From positions 13,037 to 77,036 of the forward strand of contig JALXBH010000058.1 of NCBI GenBank assembly GCA_026991535.1: 64,000 nt of DNA. Reading direction: 5' to 3'. The notes below the pieces were generated by a model, which worked only from the letters and a program-made list of their open reading frames with translations, had not been told where the DNA came from and did no database searches. Made by a program: the position numbers and the translations under genes. Positions within the stretch are counted from its first letter, which is position 1, and the number at the start of each line of letters is the position of its first letter. Positions 38,746 through 48,638 of this stretch are shown piece by piece. The DNA is from Calditrichia bacterium. Its GTDB lineage: Bacteria; Calditrichota; Calditrichia; Calditrichales; J004.

Positions 38746-40515
38746 ATGAAGCGTTTTTTTTATATACTGTGCCGGCTTGGCCCGTGGCTGCTGTCGCCCC
38801 TGATGGCACAGGTACCCGCGGACAGCGCCCATAGCAGTAATATCCTTAATAATGACTTTCTTAAACAAAATACCTCATGGATATGGCAACAAAGGTATGC
38901 CGGGCAGGGGCAAAGTGCCACCGGCTGGCAATGGCATTACAGAGATCAGTTCCGCAGCCAGGTGTTTGACGGATTTGGCGCAGAGAAAACCTGGAAGGAT
39001 GAAAACCGTTTTTCCGCCGTTCTGGAAAAGATACGTTCGCCTCTTTACAGCCTGGGGATGTATGCCCGGCAATGGATACAGGCCGACCGGCAACCCTCCG
39101 TTTCCAATACCTTTGCCAACTATGCCGCCGGAGCGCGGGCGCGCTTTACCCCGCGGCCGGAAATCAGCATTACCCCCTATGTGGGCTATCAGAATTCACG
39201 TAATAATAAATTGCTGGAGTGGGGCTGGGATACGGGCCTGGAACTGAATGTGGCCGATTACCGCCTGGGCAATTATACCACCCGCCTGCGGGGCAAGGCC
39301 GATTATGACTTTTATGATACGCGGCGCAGTTTTGCCAACGGTGCCTCCGTGCGCTTTTTTACCCGCTTTAACAAGCTGACTGCCGATTCTCTCAGCCTGA
39401 GCTGGTCGGAATCGGTTAAACAGTTCTACAGCGCCAACGGCCGCGACTTGCTGAATGTGGAATTATTTAATCGCCGTGTGCAAAACCACCTGATGTACAA
39501 CCTGAATCCGTCGAATCGCCTGGATTTTATCACCCGTATCAATTCGCGCCATATCAACTATTTTGTCAGTCGTGATATTTTCCTGATAGAAAATTTAATA
39601 CGCTATAATTATTTTGGCGCTAATATACCCATTATGCTGGAGTTTAAAACGAGTGACGAAACCATTGATAACACGGGGCTGCGCACCGATAGCCAAAGCC
39701 TGCAAAGCGGGTTGAGCCTGAAAAGCTACTGGGATATTGATCCGAAGCAGAAGTTGTTGCTGGATGTCAACTATAATAAGCTGCAGTATGATACGCCCGA
39801 TTCCCTGTTTAACCACGATGATCGCGATGAAATCCGTTTTGCCGCCAATGTGCGTTACAGTTACACACTATCCGATCTGCTGAGTGTGGAAGTCCGCCTT
39901 TACGGTTATCTTTTTCGCCAGATTTATATTTTCCGCGAGCAGAGCATCAACAATAACTGGAACCGCGTATTAAAGCTGCAACCGCGCATTGTTTATAAAA
40001 ACGGCCGCTTGCGCAACAGCTTCAGCACCGCCGTTCGCGCTGACTATACCGATTTCGATTTTGACGCGCTTAATTTGAGGCCGCACTCCTTTCTTTTCCG
40101 CGAATACACGGTAACCGACTCCCTGAATGTGCCGCTGACCCCGACGATCAGCCTGGCGGCCCGCGGCCGGATTGAATTGGAGGAAAAGGGTAACTTCTTT
40201 GCCCGGGAGTTCGCCCAGAATATTATACAGTCCTACCGCGTTTCCTATTGGAGTCTCTCCCTGCGTAAAACGCTTTGGTATTATTTTACCGTGCAGGCCG
40301 GTTACAGCTATTATGAGCGCAGGGAGTGGCGCTATTTCCCGGCCCGGCGTTTAAATCGCGTTATCGAAAACAGCGGCCCTTTCATCAGCGCCACCTATCT
40401 TCATTCCCGGCGTTTAAGTTGGACGGCTTATGCTTCGATAAACAGATACACGGACAGCGCGCGCGGCGCCTCCCAAAACACGACGGGCTATCTGCGTTTC
40501 AACTACACTTTATAG
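38746..40515 (+). CDS. hypothetical outer-membrane beta-barrel protein
   Basis: Signal peptide MKRFFYILCRLGPWLLSPLMAQ at the internal ATG 38746. Alternating Tyr/Arg/Asn-rich strands run throughout and end GYLRFNYTL. No family recognised. Confidence 0.5.
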   Translation: MKRFFYILCRLGPWLLSPLMAQVPADSAHSSNILNNDFLKQNTSWIWQQRYAGQGQSATGWQWHYRDQFRSQVFDGFGAEKTWKDENRFSAVLEKIRSPLYSLGMYARQWIQADRQPSVSNTFANYAAGARARFTPRPEISITPYVGYQNSRNNKLLEWGWDTGLELNVADYRLGNYTTRLRGKADYDFYDTRRSFANGASVRFFTRFNKLTADSLSLSWSESVKQFYSANGRDLLNVELFNRRVQNHLMYNLNPSNRLDFITRINSRHINYFVSRDIFLIENLIRYNYFGANIPIMLEFKTSDETIDNTGLRTDSQSLQSGLSLKSYWDIDPKQKLLLDVNYNKLQYDTPDSLFNHDDRDEIRFAANVRYSYTLSDLLSVEVRLYGYLFRQIYIFREQSINNNWNRVLKLQPRIVYKNGRLRNSFSTAVRADYTDFDFDALNLRPHSFLFREYTVTDSLNVPLTPTISLAARGRIELEEKGNFFAREFAQNIIQSYRVSYWSLSLRKTLWYYFTVQAGYSYYERREWRYFPARRLNRVIENSGPFISATYLHSRRLSWTAYASINRYTDSARGASQNTTGYLRFNYTL

Positions 40516-40623
40516 GAACCGCCGGGCCCGGGGAGAGTAACATCACAACATGCTACTATCTTTTGTTATTTATCATTACATTTTGGAATGTTATTTTTTA
40601 GAAAAAATATAAATGAGGTGTGA

Positions 40624-43600
40624 ATGAAAAACTTTTATGCACTAATCGCGCTGTCGGCGGTTTTGCTTTCGGTGTCGCCGGCAGGGGCCGGTTCCCTGAC
40701 CCTGCTCTCTTCAAGTGATTTCACATACACCTACCGCTGGCGTCTGGAAAAGCTCGATGTGGATACCTTTCGTGTACAGGGCCGTGACTATCACAATGTG
40801 GATTTTGCCAACAGTATGGGAGAGGCGCAACCGGGCAGCTTTTATTTGCCCTATCGTGCCGTAACCTTCGGTCTGCCGCAAGAAGGACGCTTGCAGGTTG
40901 CCATTTCCTCCGTCCGGGAACGGACAATGGACAATATACGCCTGCGCCGCGCTCCCTACCTGATGGAGCGGCCGGCCGGTCAGGGGGATAACGGGAACGA
41001 ATCCGTGAATGCAAGCTGGCTGGAGACCGATCCGGCCTACCGCTTCCGCGATATGTATATCCAGAAGCTCAGAATTAATCCCCTGCGTTATGATGAGTCC
41101 GCTCAACGACTGACCGTTCTGGAAGAAGCCCTTATTACGGTCAGGATTGTTGGCGATACGGAGGTCCGGCGTTCTTTTCATGCCAAAGGCCGGATGGACG
41201 AACTTTACAGGAATATGATCATAAACTTTGACGAGGCCTCAGCCTGGCAAATTCCCCGCCCTGCCCGGCGGCTGGCCAAAACAAACATGCTGGAGCTTAA
41301 AAAATATTACACATTTGACATTACGGAGAACGGGGTATACAAAATAACCGCCGCCGCCGTGCGCGGCATTTCCGGTAATGACGGCATGCCTCTGGATCGC
41401 ATACGGCTTTATAATAACGGCGGCCATCAATTAAGCTTTGCCACCAATCAAAAACTTTATAACGCGCCCTACAGCCAGGAAATGCCGATTTACATGGTTG
41501 ACGTCGATAATGACGGTTTTTTTAATAACGCGGATTATTTTTTGTTTTTCGGACGCGGCGTGAACGGCTGGTTTTATGAGTCGGGACGCGCCGATTTTGC
41601 TTACCAGATGCATACCTATGATACTAAAAACAGATATGTGCTGGAAGTGGACGGCTCCGGCGGCAAAAGAATGACGCCTGAAGATATACCCGATCTGAGC
41701 AATCCGCAAACCGTGGATTACGGTACTTTCCGTTTTCATTATGAAAAAGATCAGTATAATCTGCTTAGTTCCGGCCCGGATTGGTACGGTTACCGCTTTT
41801 TCGGAACGGCAAATAACTTTTCCTTTGATTTTGAACTCCCCGCGAGGGAGATCACGGGTAAAGACCCCACGGTAAAGGTGCGTTTAAAGGGGGCCACGGC
41901 CATACGTTACCAACAACCGTCATCCACTTACTATTTTAACATGAGCATTAACAACGCCGTTATACTGGATAATCTGCGCTTTTCCGGCGCCTCCCGCGTG
42001 GACGCGACCCGCCAGCTTCCCCTGGCCTCGCTGAACAACGGCGCCAACAGCGTCTCTTTTCAATATCAGGGCAGCGACGAAGCCGCTATCGCTCATCTGG
42101 ATGATATCAGCATTATTTATCAGGCGCGACTGACGCCGCTTAACAATCTTCTGGACTTTTTTTCCACCATGGAGAACAGCGCGAGAAGGTACAGGGTCTC
42201 GGGGCTGACCGACGCCTCCGACTGGCAGATATGGAACATCAGCGACGCCGCCAATCCTCGTATTTACGCGGAAAATGTTAGCCCGCAATCCTCCGCCCTG
42301 TATGTGGATGTGGAAGCCAATAAAGCCCCGAGGGAATGGATTGTATTCAGCCTTTCCAAAACCGATATCCCGGAAGTGAATGACTTTTCTTCCTATACGC
42401 CGGAACAGAACCTCCTTTCGGCTTCCAATCAGGCGGATTATGTTATCGTTACGCGCAGGGAGCTGAGGGATAAGGGCGAGGAGTTTGCCGCCCTCCGTCC
42501 GCATCTGAAAAGTATGGTGGTCAGTGTGGAGGATATCGAATTCTTTTTTAACAGCGGCGTTCAGGACCCCACCGCCATTCGTAATTTTTTCCGTTATACC
42601 TGGTATAACTGGCAACCGCCGGGTATATCCTATGTGTTGTTGTTGGGTGACGGCCATTATGATTACCGTAATATAAACATCACCACCCCAAGCGTGGTGC
42701 CGGTGTTTGAAATTTATAATACCAACGAACTGGACAGCCGCGAGGTTGATCTCTATTTTACCGATCTTGAGTCCAATGATAATTCGGAGTCCAAGCGCAA
42801 TATCCGGCCCGATATCGCCATTGGCCGTATCCCCATCGCGAACGCCCGCGATGCCGATGTGATGCTCGATAAGATAAAAACCTACGAGGCCAACCCCATC
42901 AAGGAGGGCTGGCAGGCGCAAGCCACGCTGGTGGCCGATGATACCACCGTCAGCGCCGGTAAGACGGAACCCTGGCTGCATCAGCCGCAAACCGAAAAAA
43001 TGATCCGGGAAACGTCCATCAAAAATTTCAATCTGAAAAAGATATATCTGACCGCCTACAAGCCGGTGCCCGGCGGCCGAGGCATACTAAAGCCGCGCGC
43101 GCAACAGGACATCATCGATCAGATTAACAACGGCACCCTGATTATAAACTATGTGGGACACGGCTCGCCTACAACCTGGGCCCATGAGACGGTTTTTAAT
43201 TTTGACCGGGACTATGCCAGCATCAATAATCCGGGTAAATATACTTTTCTGGTGGCCGCCACCTGCGATTTCGGCATGTTCGATAATCCCAATCTGGTCA
43301 GCTTTACCGAAGGGCTGATCTGGAAGAAGGAGGCGGGCATTATTGCCTCCCTGGTGGCAACCCGCCTGGTCTATTCCCAGCAAAACGCAAAGTTTAACCG
43401 TTATTTTTATAAAAAACTGTTTCCGGACGGCAAACCCTCCATAGAGCTGGGCGCCGCCTTTTTACAGGCCCTGCATGTGGAGTCGGGCAGTAATGTGAAT
43501 GATCAAAAGTATCACATTCTGGGCGACCCGACCATGACCCTGATCGATCCCCGCGAGCGGATTGAAGTGACCTCCGTAAAGCCCGACACCCTGCGCGCCC

Positions 43601-44586
43601 TGAGCACGGTGGAGGTAAGCGCGCGCGTGGTCAATGAAGGCGTCCCCCAAAGCAACTTTAACGGCGGGGCCATCCTGATTGTGAATGACGCCAAATATGA
43701 GAATGTTAACACCGGGGGAGGCCCGAGCAAGAACTATGATCTGTTGGGGCCCCTGTTGTTTAAGGGCGAGGTTACCGTGGAACAGGGGCAGTTGGAGGGC
43801 CGCTTTATCGTGCCCAAGTCCATACGCTATAAAAACCGTCCCACGGGCCGGGTTAGTGTTTACGCCTGGGATGATGACGCCAACCGCACCGCCTTTTCCT
43901 CGCGCAACGATCTGCTTTTTATCGGCTCCCAAAACAGGGCCCCGGAAGCGGATGGTCCCGACGTCGATATCTATTTTAAAAATCAGGAGAATTTTTCCTC
44001 GGGCGATCTGATACAGGATAACCCCGTGCTTATTGTGGAACTGGAAGATGAGAACGGCATCAATATTACCGGACAGGTGGGGCACCGGCTGGAGCTGAGC
44101 CTGGATGGCGGCGAGGCGCGCGATGTTTCGGAATTTTTTAAGTATGACCGGGACAGCTTTACCAGGGGCCGCCTGGAATTTCCGTTGGGAAATCTAAAAA
44201 GCGGCACGCATACCCTGCGTTTTCAGGCTTTTGATAATTTGAATAATATCAGCGAGCAGGTTGTTGAGTTTACCGTGGCCGGCAGTGACGCGCTTTCCCT
44301 GGAACGTGTTTTGAATTATCCCAATCCCTTTGAGAAAACCACCCGTTTTACCTTTCAGACCAACAGGGAAAATGCCGAGGTGAGTATAAAAATATATACC
44401 ATGCAGGGCCGGGTGATACAAAAACTGGAAGGCTACGTGACCAACCTGGGTTTTAACGTTATTGAATGGGACGGCCGCGACTATGACGGCGATGAGCCGG
44501 CTAATGGGGTCTATCTGTATAAGGTGACGGTAAGGGACGGTGACAAAAGCCGTTCCAGGATAGAAAAAATGGTTAAGGTGCGCTAA
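40624..44586 (+). CDS. peptidase C25 (gingipain-family) protein with T9SS/FlgD-Ig-like C-terminal domain; PorU-like
   Basis: Signal peptide ...VSPAGAGS. Catalytic-type motifs LLLGDGHYDYRN, NYVGHGSPTTWAHE (His) and VAATCDFGMFDNP (Cys). C-terminus NYPNPFEKTTRFTFQ...IEWDGRDYDGDEPANGVYLYKVTVRD. 1320 aa is in the PorU size range. Confidence 0.8.
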   Translation: MKNFYALIALSAVLLSVSPAGAGSLTLLSSSDFTYTYRWRLEKLDVDTFRVQGRDYHNVDFANSMGEAQPGSFYLPYRAVTFGLPQEGRLQVAISSVRERTMDNIRLRRAPYLMERPAGQGDNGNESVNASWLETDPAYRFRDMYIQKLRINPLRYDESAQRLTVLEEALITVRIVGDTEVRRSFHAKGRMDELYRNMIINFDEASAWQIPRPARRLAKTNMLELKKYYTFDITENGVYKITAAAVRGISGNDGMPLDRIRLYNNGGHQLSFATNQKLYNAPYSQEMPIYMVDVDNDGFFNNADYFLFFGRGVNGWFYESGRADFAYQMHTYDTKNRYVLEVDGSGGKRMTPEDIPDLSNPQTVDYGTFRFHYEKDQYNLLSSGPDWYGYRFFGTANNFSFDFELPAREITGKDPTVKVRLKGATAIRYQQPSSTYYFNMSINNAVILDNLRFSGASRVDATRQLPLASLNNGANSVSFQYQGSDEAAIAHLDDISIIYQARLTPLNNLLDFFSTMENSARRYRVSGLTDASDWQIWNISDAANPRIYAENVSPQSSALYVDVEANKAPREWIVFSLSKTDIPEVNDFSSYTPEQNLLSASNQADYVIVTRRELRDKGEEFAALRPHLKSMVVSVEDIEFFFNSGVQDPTAIRNFFRYTWYNWQPPGISYVLLLGDGHYDYRNINITTPSVVPVFEIYNTNELDSREVDLYFTDLESNDNSESKRNIRPDIAIGRIPIANARDADVMLDKIKTYEANPIKEGWQAQATLVADDTTVSAGKTEPWLHQPQTEKMIRETSIKNFNLKKIYLTAYKPVPGGRGILKPRAQQDIIDQINNGTLIINYVGHGSPTTWAHETVFNFDRDYASINNPGKYTFLVAATCDFGMFDNPNLVSFTEGLIWKKEAGIIASLVATRLVYSQQNAKFNRYFYKKLFPDGKPSIELGAAFLQALHVESGSNVNDQKYHILGDPTMTLIDPRERIEVTSVKPDTLRALSTVEVSARVVNEGVPQSNFNGGAILIVNDAKYENVNTGGGPSKNYDLLGPLLFKGEVTVEQGQLEGRFIVPKSIRYKNRPTGRVSVYAWDDDANRTAFSSRNDLLFIGSQNRAPEADGPDVDIYFKNQENFSSGDLIQDNPVLIVELEDENGINITGQVGHRLELSLDGGEARDVSEFFKYDRDSFTRGRLEFPLGNLKSGTHTLRFQAFDNLNNISEQVVEFTVAGSDALSLERVLNYPNPFEKTTRFTFQTNRENAEVSIKIYTMQGRVIQKLEGYVTNLGFNVIEWDGRDYDGDEPANGVYLYKVTVRDGDKSRSRIEKMVKVR

Positions 44587-44617
44587 GACTGCCGGAGCAA
44601 CGGCTGTAAAATGAAAA

Positions 44618-44643
44618 AGTCCCGTCATGGGCACGGGACTTTT
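44618..44643. terminator. bidirectional terminator between the C25 gene and tRNA-Ser
   Basis: Perfect stem agtcccgt (44618-44625) pairs with acgggact (44633-44640). A-run upstream and T-run downstream. Confidence 0.7.
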
Positions 44644-44646
44644 GCG

Positions 44647-44734
44647 CGGAGAGGGTGGGATTCGAACCCACGATAGGATTTTGTCCTATACTCGCTTAGC
44701 AGGCGAGCGCCTTCAGCCACTCGGCCACCTCTCC
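44647..44734 (-). tRNA. tRNA-Ser (anticodon GCT)
   Basis: Reverse complement GGAGAGGTGGCCGAGTGGCTGAAGGCGCTCGCCTGCTAAGCGAG...GTGGGTTCGAATCCCACCCTCTCCG folds by hand as a class II cloverleaf. It has a 7-bp acceptor stem, anticodon loop CTGCTAA, a long variable arm and a GTTCGAAT T-loop. No encoded CCA. Confidence 0.9.
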
Positions 44735-44749
44735 TTAAAATTGTGTTTC

Positions 44750-44833
44750 TGGCGGAGGATGGAGGACTCGAACCCCCAAGCCCAAAGGGCGACGGTTTTC
44801 AAGACCGCTGCATTACCATTCTGCCAATCCTCC
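44750..44833 (-). tRNA. tRNA-Ser (anticodon TGA)
   Basis: Reverse complement GGAGGATTGGCAGAATGGTAATGCAGCGGTCTTGAAAACCGTCGCCCTTTGGGCTTGGGGGTTCGAGTCCTCCATCCTCCGCCA. It has a 3-bp D stem, anticodon loop CTTGAAA, a long variable arm and an encoded CCA. Confidence 0.85.
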
Positions 44834-45050
44834 TTGTGAAAGACGCAGAATTTAATAAACTCTTTTTTTAAATCAAACATTTTAAGCTAAAAAAAATATC
44901 TTTCCCGGTAAAACACATTTATTTTTTTGAATGGATTATCTTAAATTAAGCCGCCTTGCCTGATAAATCGTTTTCTTTCGCTTAATCTCCGGCCGGGGGC
45001 GGTTTTTTAGGGCATGCCTTTATGTTTTACTAATCTAAAAAGAAGTATCC

Positions 45051-45620
45051 ATGTTTCTGCTAATAGCCGTTACGGCTGTCATTGTGTTAGGCCTGCCCCT
45101 CGTGCTATTGATCAGGCGTTTGGAAATAGCGGGCGGCGGGAACCCGCTTGTTATGGCGGCGTCCGTTCTGTTCCTACTGGGCGGCATGTTGCTTACCCAT
45201 TCAACGATTTCATCCCTGCGTTATATGGAAGCCTACCGTAACTGGCAGACCGTTAAGGGGCGTGTTGTCGAGGCGGAAATTGCCGGCAAACGGGCGTTTC
45301 ATCCCAAAGTAAAATATACATTTCACTGGCAGGACAGCAGCTATAGCAATATCTCCGATCTGGATGCGCCGGGATTCGGCACCAAGGCGGCCCGTTTTCA
45401 GGTGGCGCGGGAGATGCTTAAAAATATCCATGTGGGCGACACCATCGATGTGTGGGTTAATCCCCGCAACCCACGGGAAAACACCCTCGTCAACCATCCC
45501 CGCTGGAACAGCTTTATGCAATACGGCGCGGGAATTTTTTTCAGCGCCGTGGCCCTGGCTTTTCTGATAAGCAGCCTGTTACAGCGCCTAACCCTTAATA
45601 AAGAGACCCGCAAGCAATGA
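45051..45620 (+). CDS. DUF3592-like membrane protein
   Basis: Two N-terminal TM segments and one C-terminal TM segment surround a beta-rich core (WQTVKGRVVEAEI...HPKVKYTFHWQDSSYSN...GDTIDVWVNPRNPRENTL), as is typical of DUF3592. Confidence 0.6.
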   Translation: MFLLIAVTAVIVLGLPLVLLIRRLEIAGGGNPLVMAASVLFLLGGMLLTHSTISSLRYMEAYRNWQTVKGRVVEAEIAGKRAFHPKVKYTFHWQDSSYSNISDLDAPGFGTKAARFQVAREMLKNIHVGDTIDVWVNPRNPRENTLVNHPRWNSFMQYGAGIFFSAVALAFLISSLLQRLTLNKETRKQ

Positions 45621-48577
45621 ATTACAGAAAACAACTTTTACAAAATTTAGGCCTTGATGAATTTGTGGTGGTCGATCTGGAAACCACGGGGCTGGATCCC
45701 CAAAATGATACCATCATTGAAATCGGCGCTATCCTGTACCGCGACGGCGAAGAGGCGGAAACCTTTGAATCCCTGATCAATCCCGGGCGGCCCATACCGG
45801 AATTTATCACCCGGCTGACGGGGATCAGCGATGAGGATGTGAGGGATAAACCGACCATCGAAGAAGTCTTCTCCGATTTGGAAAACTTCCTGGCCAATAA
45901 AACCTTTGTCGGTCATCAGGTGAATTTTGACGCCTCCTTTATCGAATATCAGTTCCGCAAGCGCCATGATGATTTTGATCGCTGGGAGAATCCGGCGCAG
46001 CGTTTTAAATACTTTGGCCGCGTACGTCTGGATACCCTTTTCCTTTCGCGTATCCTGCTGCCTTTTTTACCGCGTATGAAGCTGGGGGTGGTCGCCGCCT
46101 ACTTCGGTATCGATCTGGAGAACGCCCACCGGGCCATAGACGACGCCCGGGCCACGGGGCAAATTTTTCTGGAACTGCTGGATCGCGCCCTGGCGCTGGA
46201 TAATGCCATCATCTCGGAAATCATTCAGCTTCTCTTTGCCAACTCGGCGCGGGCCAAGTCCTTTTTTGTCCCGTTGCTGAAATTTAAACGGGAGCACAAT
46301 ATTCAGGTACCGGCCAAAAACCTGCTGGATGAAACCAAACATGTGCAGAGCTACTACAATGTCATCGGCGAAGGCGCCTTTCAATATACCCAGCCGGCCG
46401 ACGAAAGTGAGATTTCGCCCATCGATGAAGATAATATCCATCGCTTCTTTCAGCCGGAAGGGGCCCTGCACCGCGTGATTCCCGGCTATGAATACCGCGA
46501 GGAACAAGAGGCCATGGGGCAAACCATCGCCGCCGGTTTTAACAGTGACGCCATCATCGTGGCCGAGGCGGGAACGGGAACGGGCAAATCCATGGCCTAT
46601 ATGATGCCGGCCGTGGAATGGGCCGTTCAAAACCGCAATGCCGGTCAGCGGGTGGTCATATCCACCAATACCAAAAATTTGCAGGAACAGCTTTTTTACA
46701 AGGATATACCGGCCTTGTTTTCCGCCCGCAAGGGGGATTTTAAGGCCGTGCTGCTTAAGGGACGTTCCAATTACCTGTGCATCGACAAATGGCGCACGGT
46801 GATGACCGATATGAACCAGCGCCTTTCCCAGGATGAACGGGCGCGCATGTTGCCCCTCATCCTGTGGGCCCGTCAGACCCGCACGGGCGATATTGCCGAA
46901 AATGCCGGCTTTCAACTGGAAAACAACCGCGGCCTGTGGCAAAAGTTTATCGCCGAACCCTCCTACTGCCCCGGCAAAAGCTGCAAGTTTTACGGGGACT
47001 GTTTTTTGATGAAGGCCCGGGCCCATGCCCGCCGGGCCGATGTTATCGTGGTCAACCATGCCCTGCTTTTTTCCGATCTGGCTTCGGATAACTCCATCCT
47101 GGGCGAATTCAGCAATCTGGTGGTGGACGAGGCCCATAATATGGAAAAGACGGCCGCCGATCACCTGGGGGTACGTCTCAGTTATTGGTCGTTTCGCAAT
47201 TTTTACCATCGTTTGTATGAGGATGAACCGCGCAAAACGGGTACGATTTACCAGATGGAGTTCCGCCTGGCCAAATCGAAGCTGAAAGACAATGTGGCCT
47301 CCGAGCTTTTCCGTCACATCGCCAAAGTCAAACAGGGTAGTCTGGCCTTAAAGCAGAATGTTTCGCGGTTTTACACCCCCTTTAACCGCTATATGCGCGA
47401 GCAGTTGAGCAAAAAGGGCAAGGAGGGCGGCGACTCCCTGCGTGTGCGCTATCATAAAAATTTCCGCTATTTCCGCGAGAATGAAGAGCAGATCAATGAA
47501 ATCCGTGAAACGATGACTAAACTGGGCAGGGCGCTGAACAATCTTTGTGAGTATATTTTAGATCTGCCGCCGAACAGTTTTGAGTTTCAGGATCAGATCT
47601 ACAGGGAGTTGACGGCCCTGTTGCAGGACCTGAACATGCTGGGCGAGGCCCTGAATTTGTGTGTGACTGCCGACGAAAAAGACTATGTTTTCTGGCTGGA
47701 GATACCCTTTAACGAACGCAACATCGATGTTCTGCTTAATGCCGTGCCGCTGAAGATCGCCGACATCCTGCAACAAAAGCTGTTCAGCCGTATCCGTTCG
47801 GCGGCGCTGACCTCGGCCACGCTTTCGGTAAATAAAAAGTTCGATTATTTTAAAAACCGCATCGGACTGGATTTGCTGGGTGACAAGCCGGTGATGGCCC
47901 ATATTTTCGGTTCGCCCTTTAATTACAATGATCAGATTCATCTTTCCGTAACCGATTTTTTACCCGATCCGCGCAATGCCGAATACGCGGAAAGGCTGGC
48001 CGGTTTTTTAATCGACCTGCATCGTTCCGAGCGCCGGGGCATGATGATCCTCTTTACCAGCTATTCGCTGCTGAACCGCATCCATACCCTGATGAAACCG
48101 GCCATGGACGCCGATCGCATTCTGTTGCTGGCCCAGGGTAAAAGCGGCAGCCGCAACCAGATGGTGGGGCAATTCAGGGAGAATCGCGATTCCGTTTTAC
48201 TGGGCACGGACAGTTTTTGGGAAGGGGTGGATATTCCCGGCGAGGCCTTGCAACTGCTGGTTATACCCAAGCTGCCCTTTGACGTACCCACCGATCCCAT
48301 CATCGCCGCGCGCATGGAGGAGATCAAGGAGCGGGGCGGTAATCCCTTTTTTGAGTATTCCGTGCCCGAGGCCATTATTAAATTTAAACAGGGTTTTGGG
48401 CGGCTGATCCGTGCCCAGTCGGATTATGGCGCGGTCATCGCCTGTGATAACCGGCTAAGCCGCATGAAATACGGACAGCAGTTTTTAAACAGCCTGCCGG
48501 TGGAGGCGCAAACCTATTTTGACGCGGAGAGCCATATTGCCGACCTGAAACACTGGTTCGCGCAAAAGGAAGGGTAG
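45617..48577 (+). CDS. dinG: DinG-family ATP-dependent DNA helicase with N-terminal DnaQ-like 3'-5' exonuclease domain
   Basis: Exo motifs VVVDLETTGLDP, GHQVNFDASF and HRAIDDARAT. Walker A AEAGTGTGKS. DEAH box VVDEAHNM. Four Cys (YLC...YCPGKSCKFYGDC) consistent with an XPD/DinG Fe-S domain. C-terminal FWEGVDIPG and QGFGRLIR. Confidence 0.9.
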   Translation: MNYRKQLLQNLGLDEFVVVDLETTGLDPQNDTIIEIGAILYRDGEEAETFESLINPGRPIPEFITRLTGISDEDVRDKPTIEEVFSDLENFLANKTFVGHQVNFDASFIEYQFRKRHDDFDRWENPAQRFKYFGRVRLDTLFLSRILLPFLPRMKLGVVAAYFGIDLENAHRAIDDARATGQIFLELLDRALALDNAIISEIIQLLFANSARAKSFFVPLLKFKREHNIQVPAKNLLDETKHVQSYYNVIGEGAFQYTQPADESEISPIDEDNIHRFFQPEGALHRVIPGYEYREEQEAMGQTIAAGFNSDAIIVAEAGTGTGKSMAYMMPAVEWAVQNRNAGQRVVISTNTKNLQEQLFYKDIPALFSARKGDFKAVLLKGRSNYLCIDKWRTVMTDMNQRLSQDERARMLPLILWARQTRTGDIAENAGFQLENNRGLWQKFIAEPSYCPGKSCKFYGDCFLMKARAHARRADVIVVNHALLFSDLASDNSILGEFSNLVVDEAHNMEKTAADHLGVRLSYWSFRNFYHRLYEDEPRKTGTIYQMEFRLAKSKLKDNVASELFRHIAKVKQGSLALKQNVSRFYTPFNRYMREQLSKKGKEGGDSLRVRYHKNFRYFRENEEQINEIRETMTKLGRALNNLCEYILDLPPNSFEFQDQIYRELTALLQDLNMLGEALNLCVTADEKDYVFWLEIPFNERNIDVLLNAVPLKIADILQQKLFSRIRSAALTSATLSVNKKFDYFKNRIGLDLLGDKPVMAHIFGSPFNYNDQIHLSVTDFLPDPRNAEYAERLAGFLIDLHRSERRGMMILFTSYSLLNRIHTLMKPAMDADRILLLAQGKSGSRNQMVGQFRENRDSVLLGTDSFWEGVDIPGEALQLLVIPKLPFDVPTDPIIAARMEEIKERGGNPFFEYSVPEAIIKFKQGFGRLIRAQSDYGAVIACDNRLSRMKYGQQFLNSLPVEAQTYFDAESHIADLKHWFAQKEG

Positions 48578-48638
48578 GGGGACAGGCCGGGATTACCTTT
48601 GTTTGGCGGCCGGCATGGGGTTGCTTACCCATGGCGGC

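Noticed and set aside
40624-44586. Calling the C25 protein definitively the T9SS sortase PorU.
   Set aside because: The catalytic motifs and size fit. However, secreted gingipain-like cargo proteases share them, no porV neighbour is present, and I cannot run the PorU-specific HMM. It is kept as PorU-like only.
44750-44833. Whether the second long-variable-arm tRNA could be tRNA-Sec, given the nearby molybdoenzyme.
   Set aside because: The anticodon loop reads CTTGAAA, so the anticodon is TGA (Ser, reads UCA), not TCA. The acceptor stem is the normal 7 bp. The molybdoenzyme ORF is uninterrupted, with no in-frame TGA.
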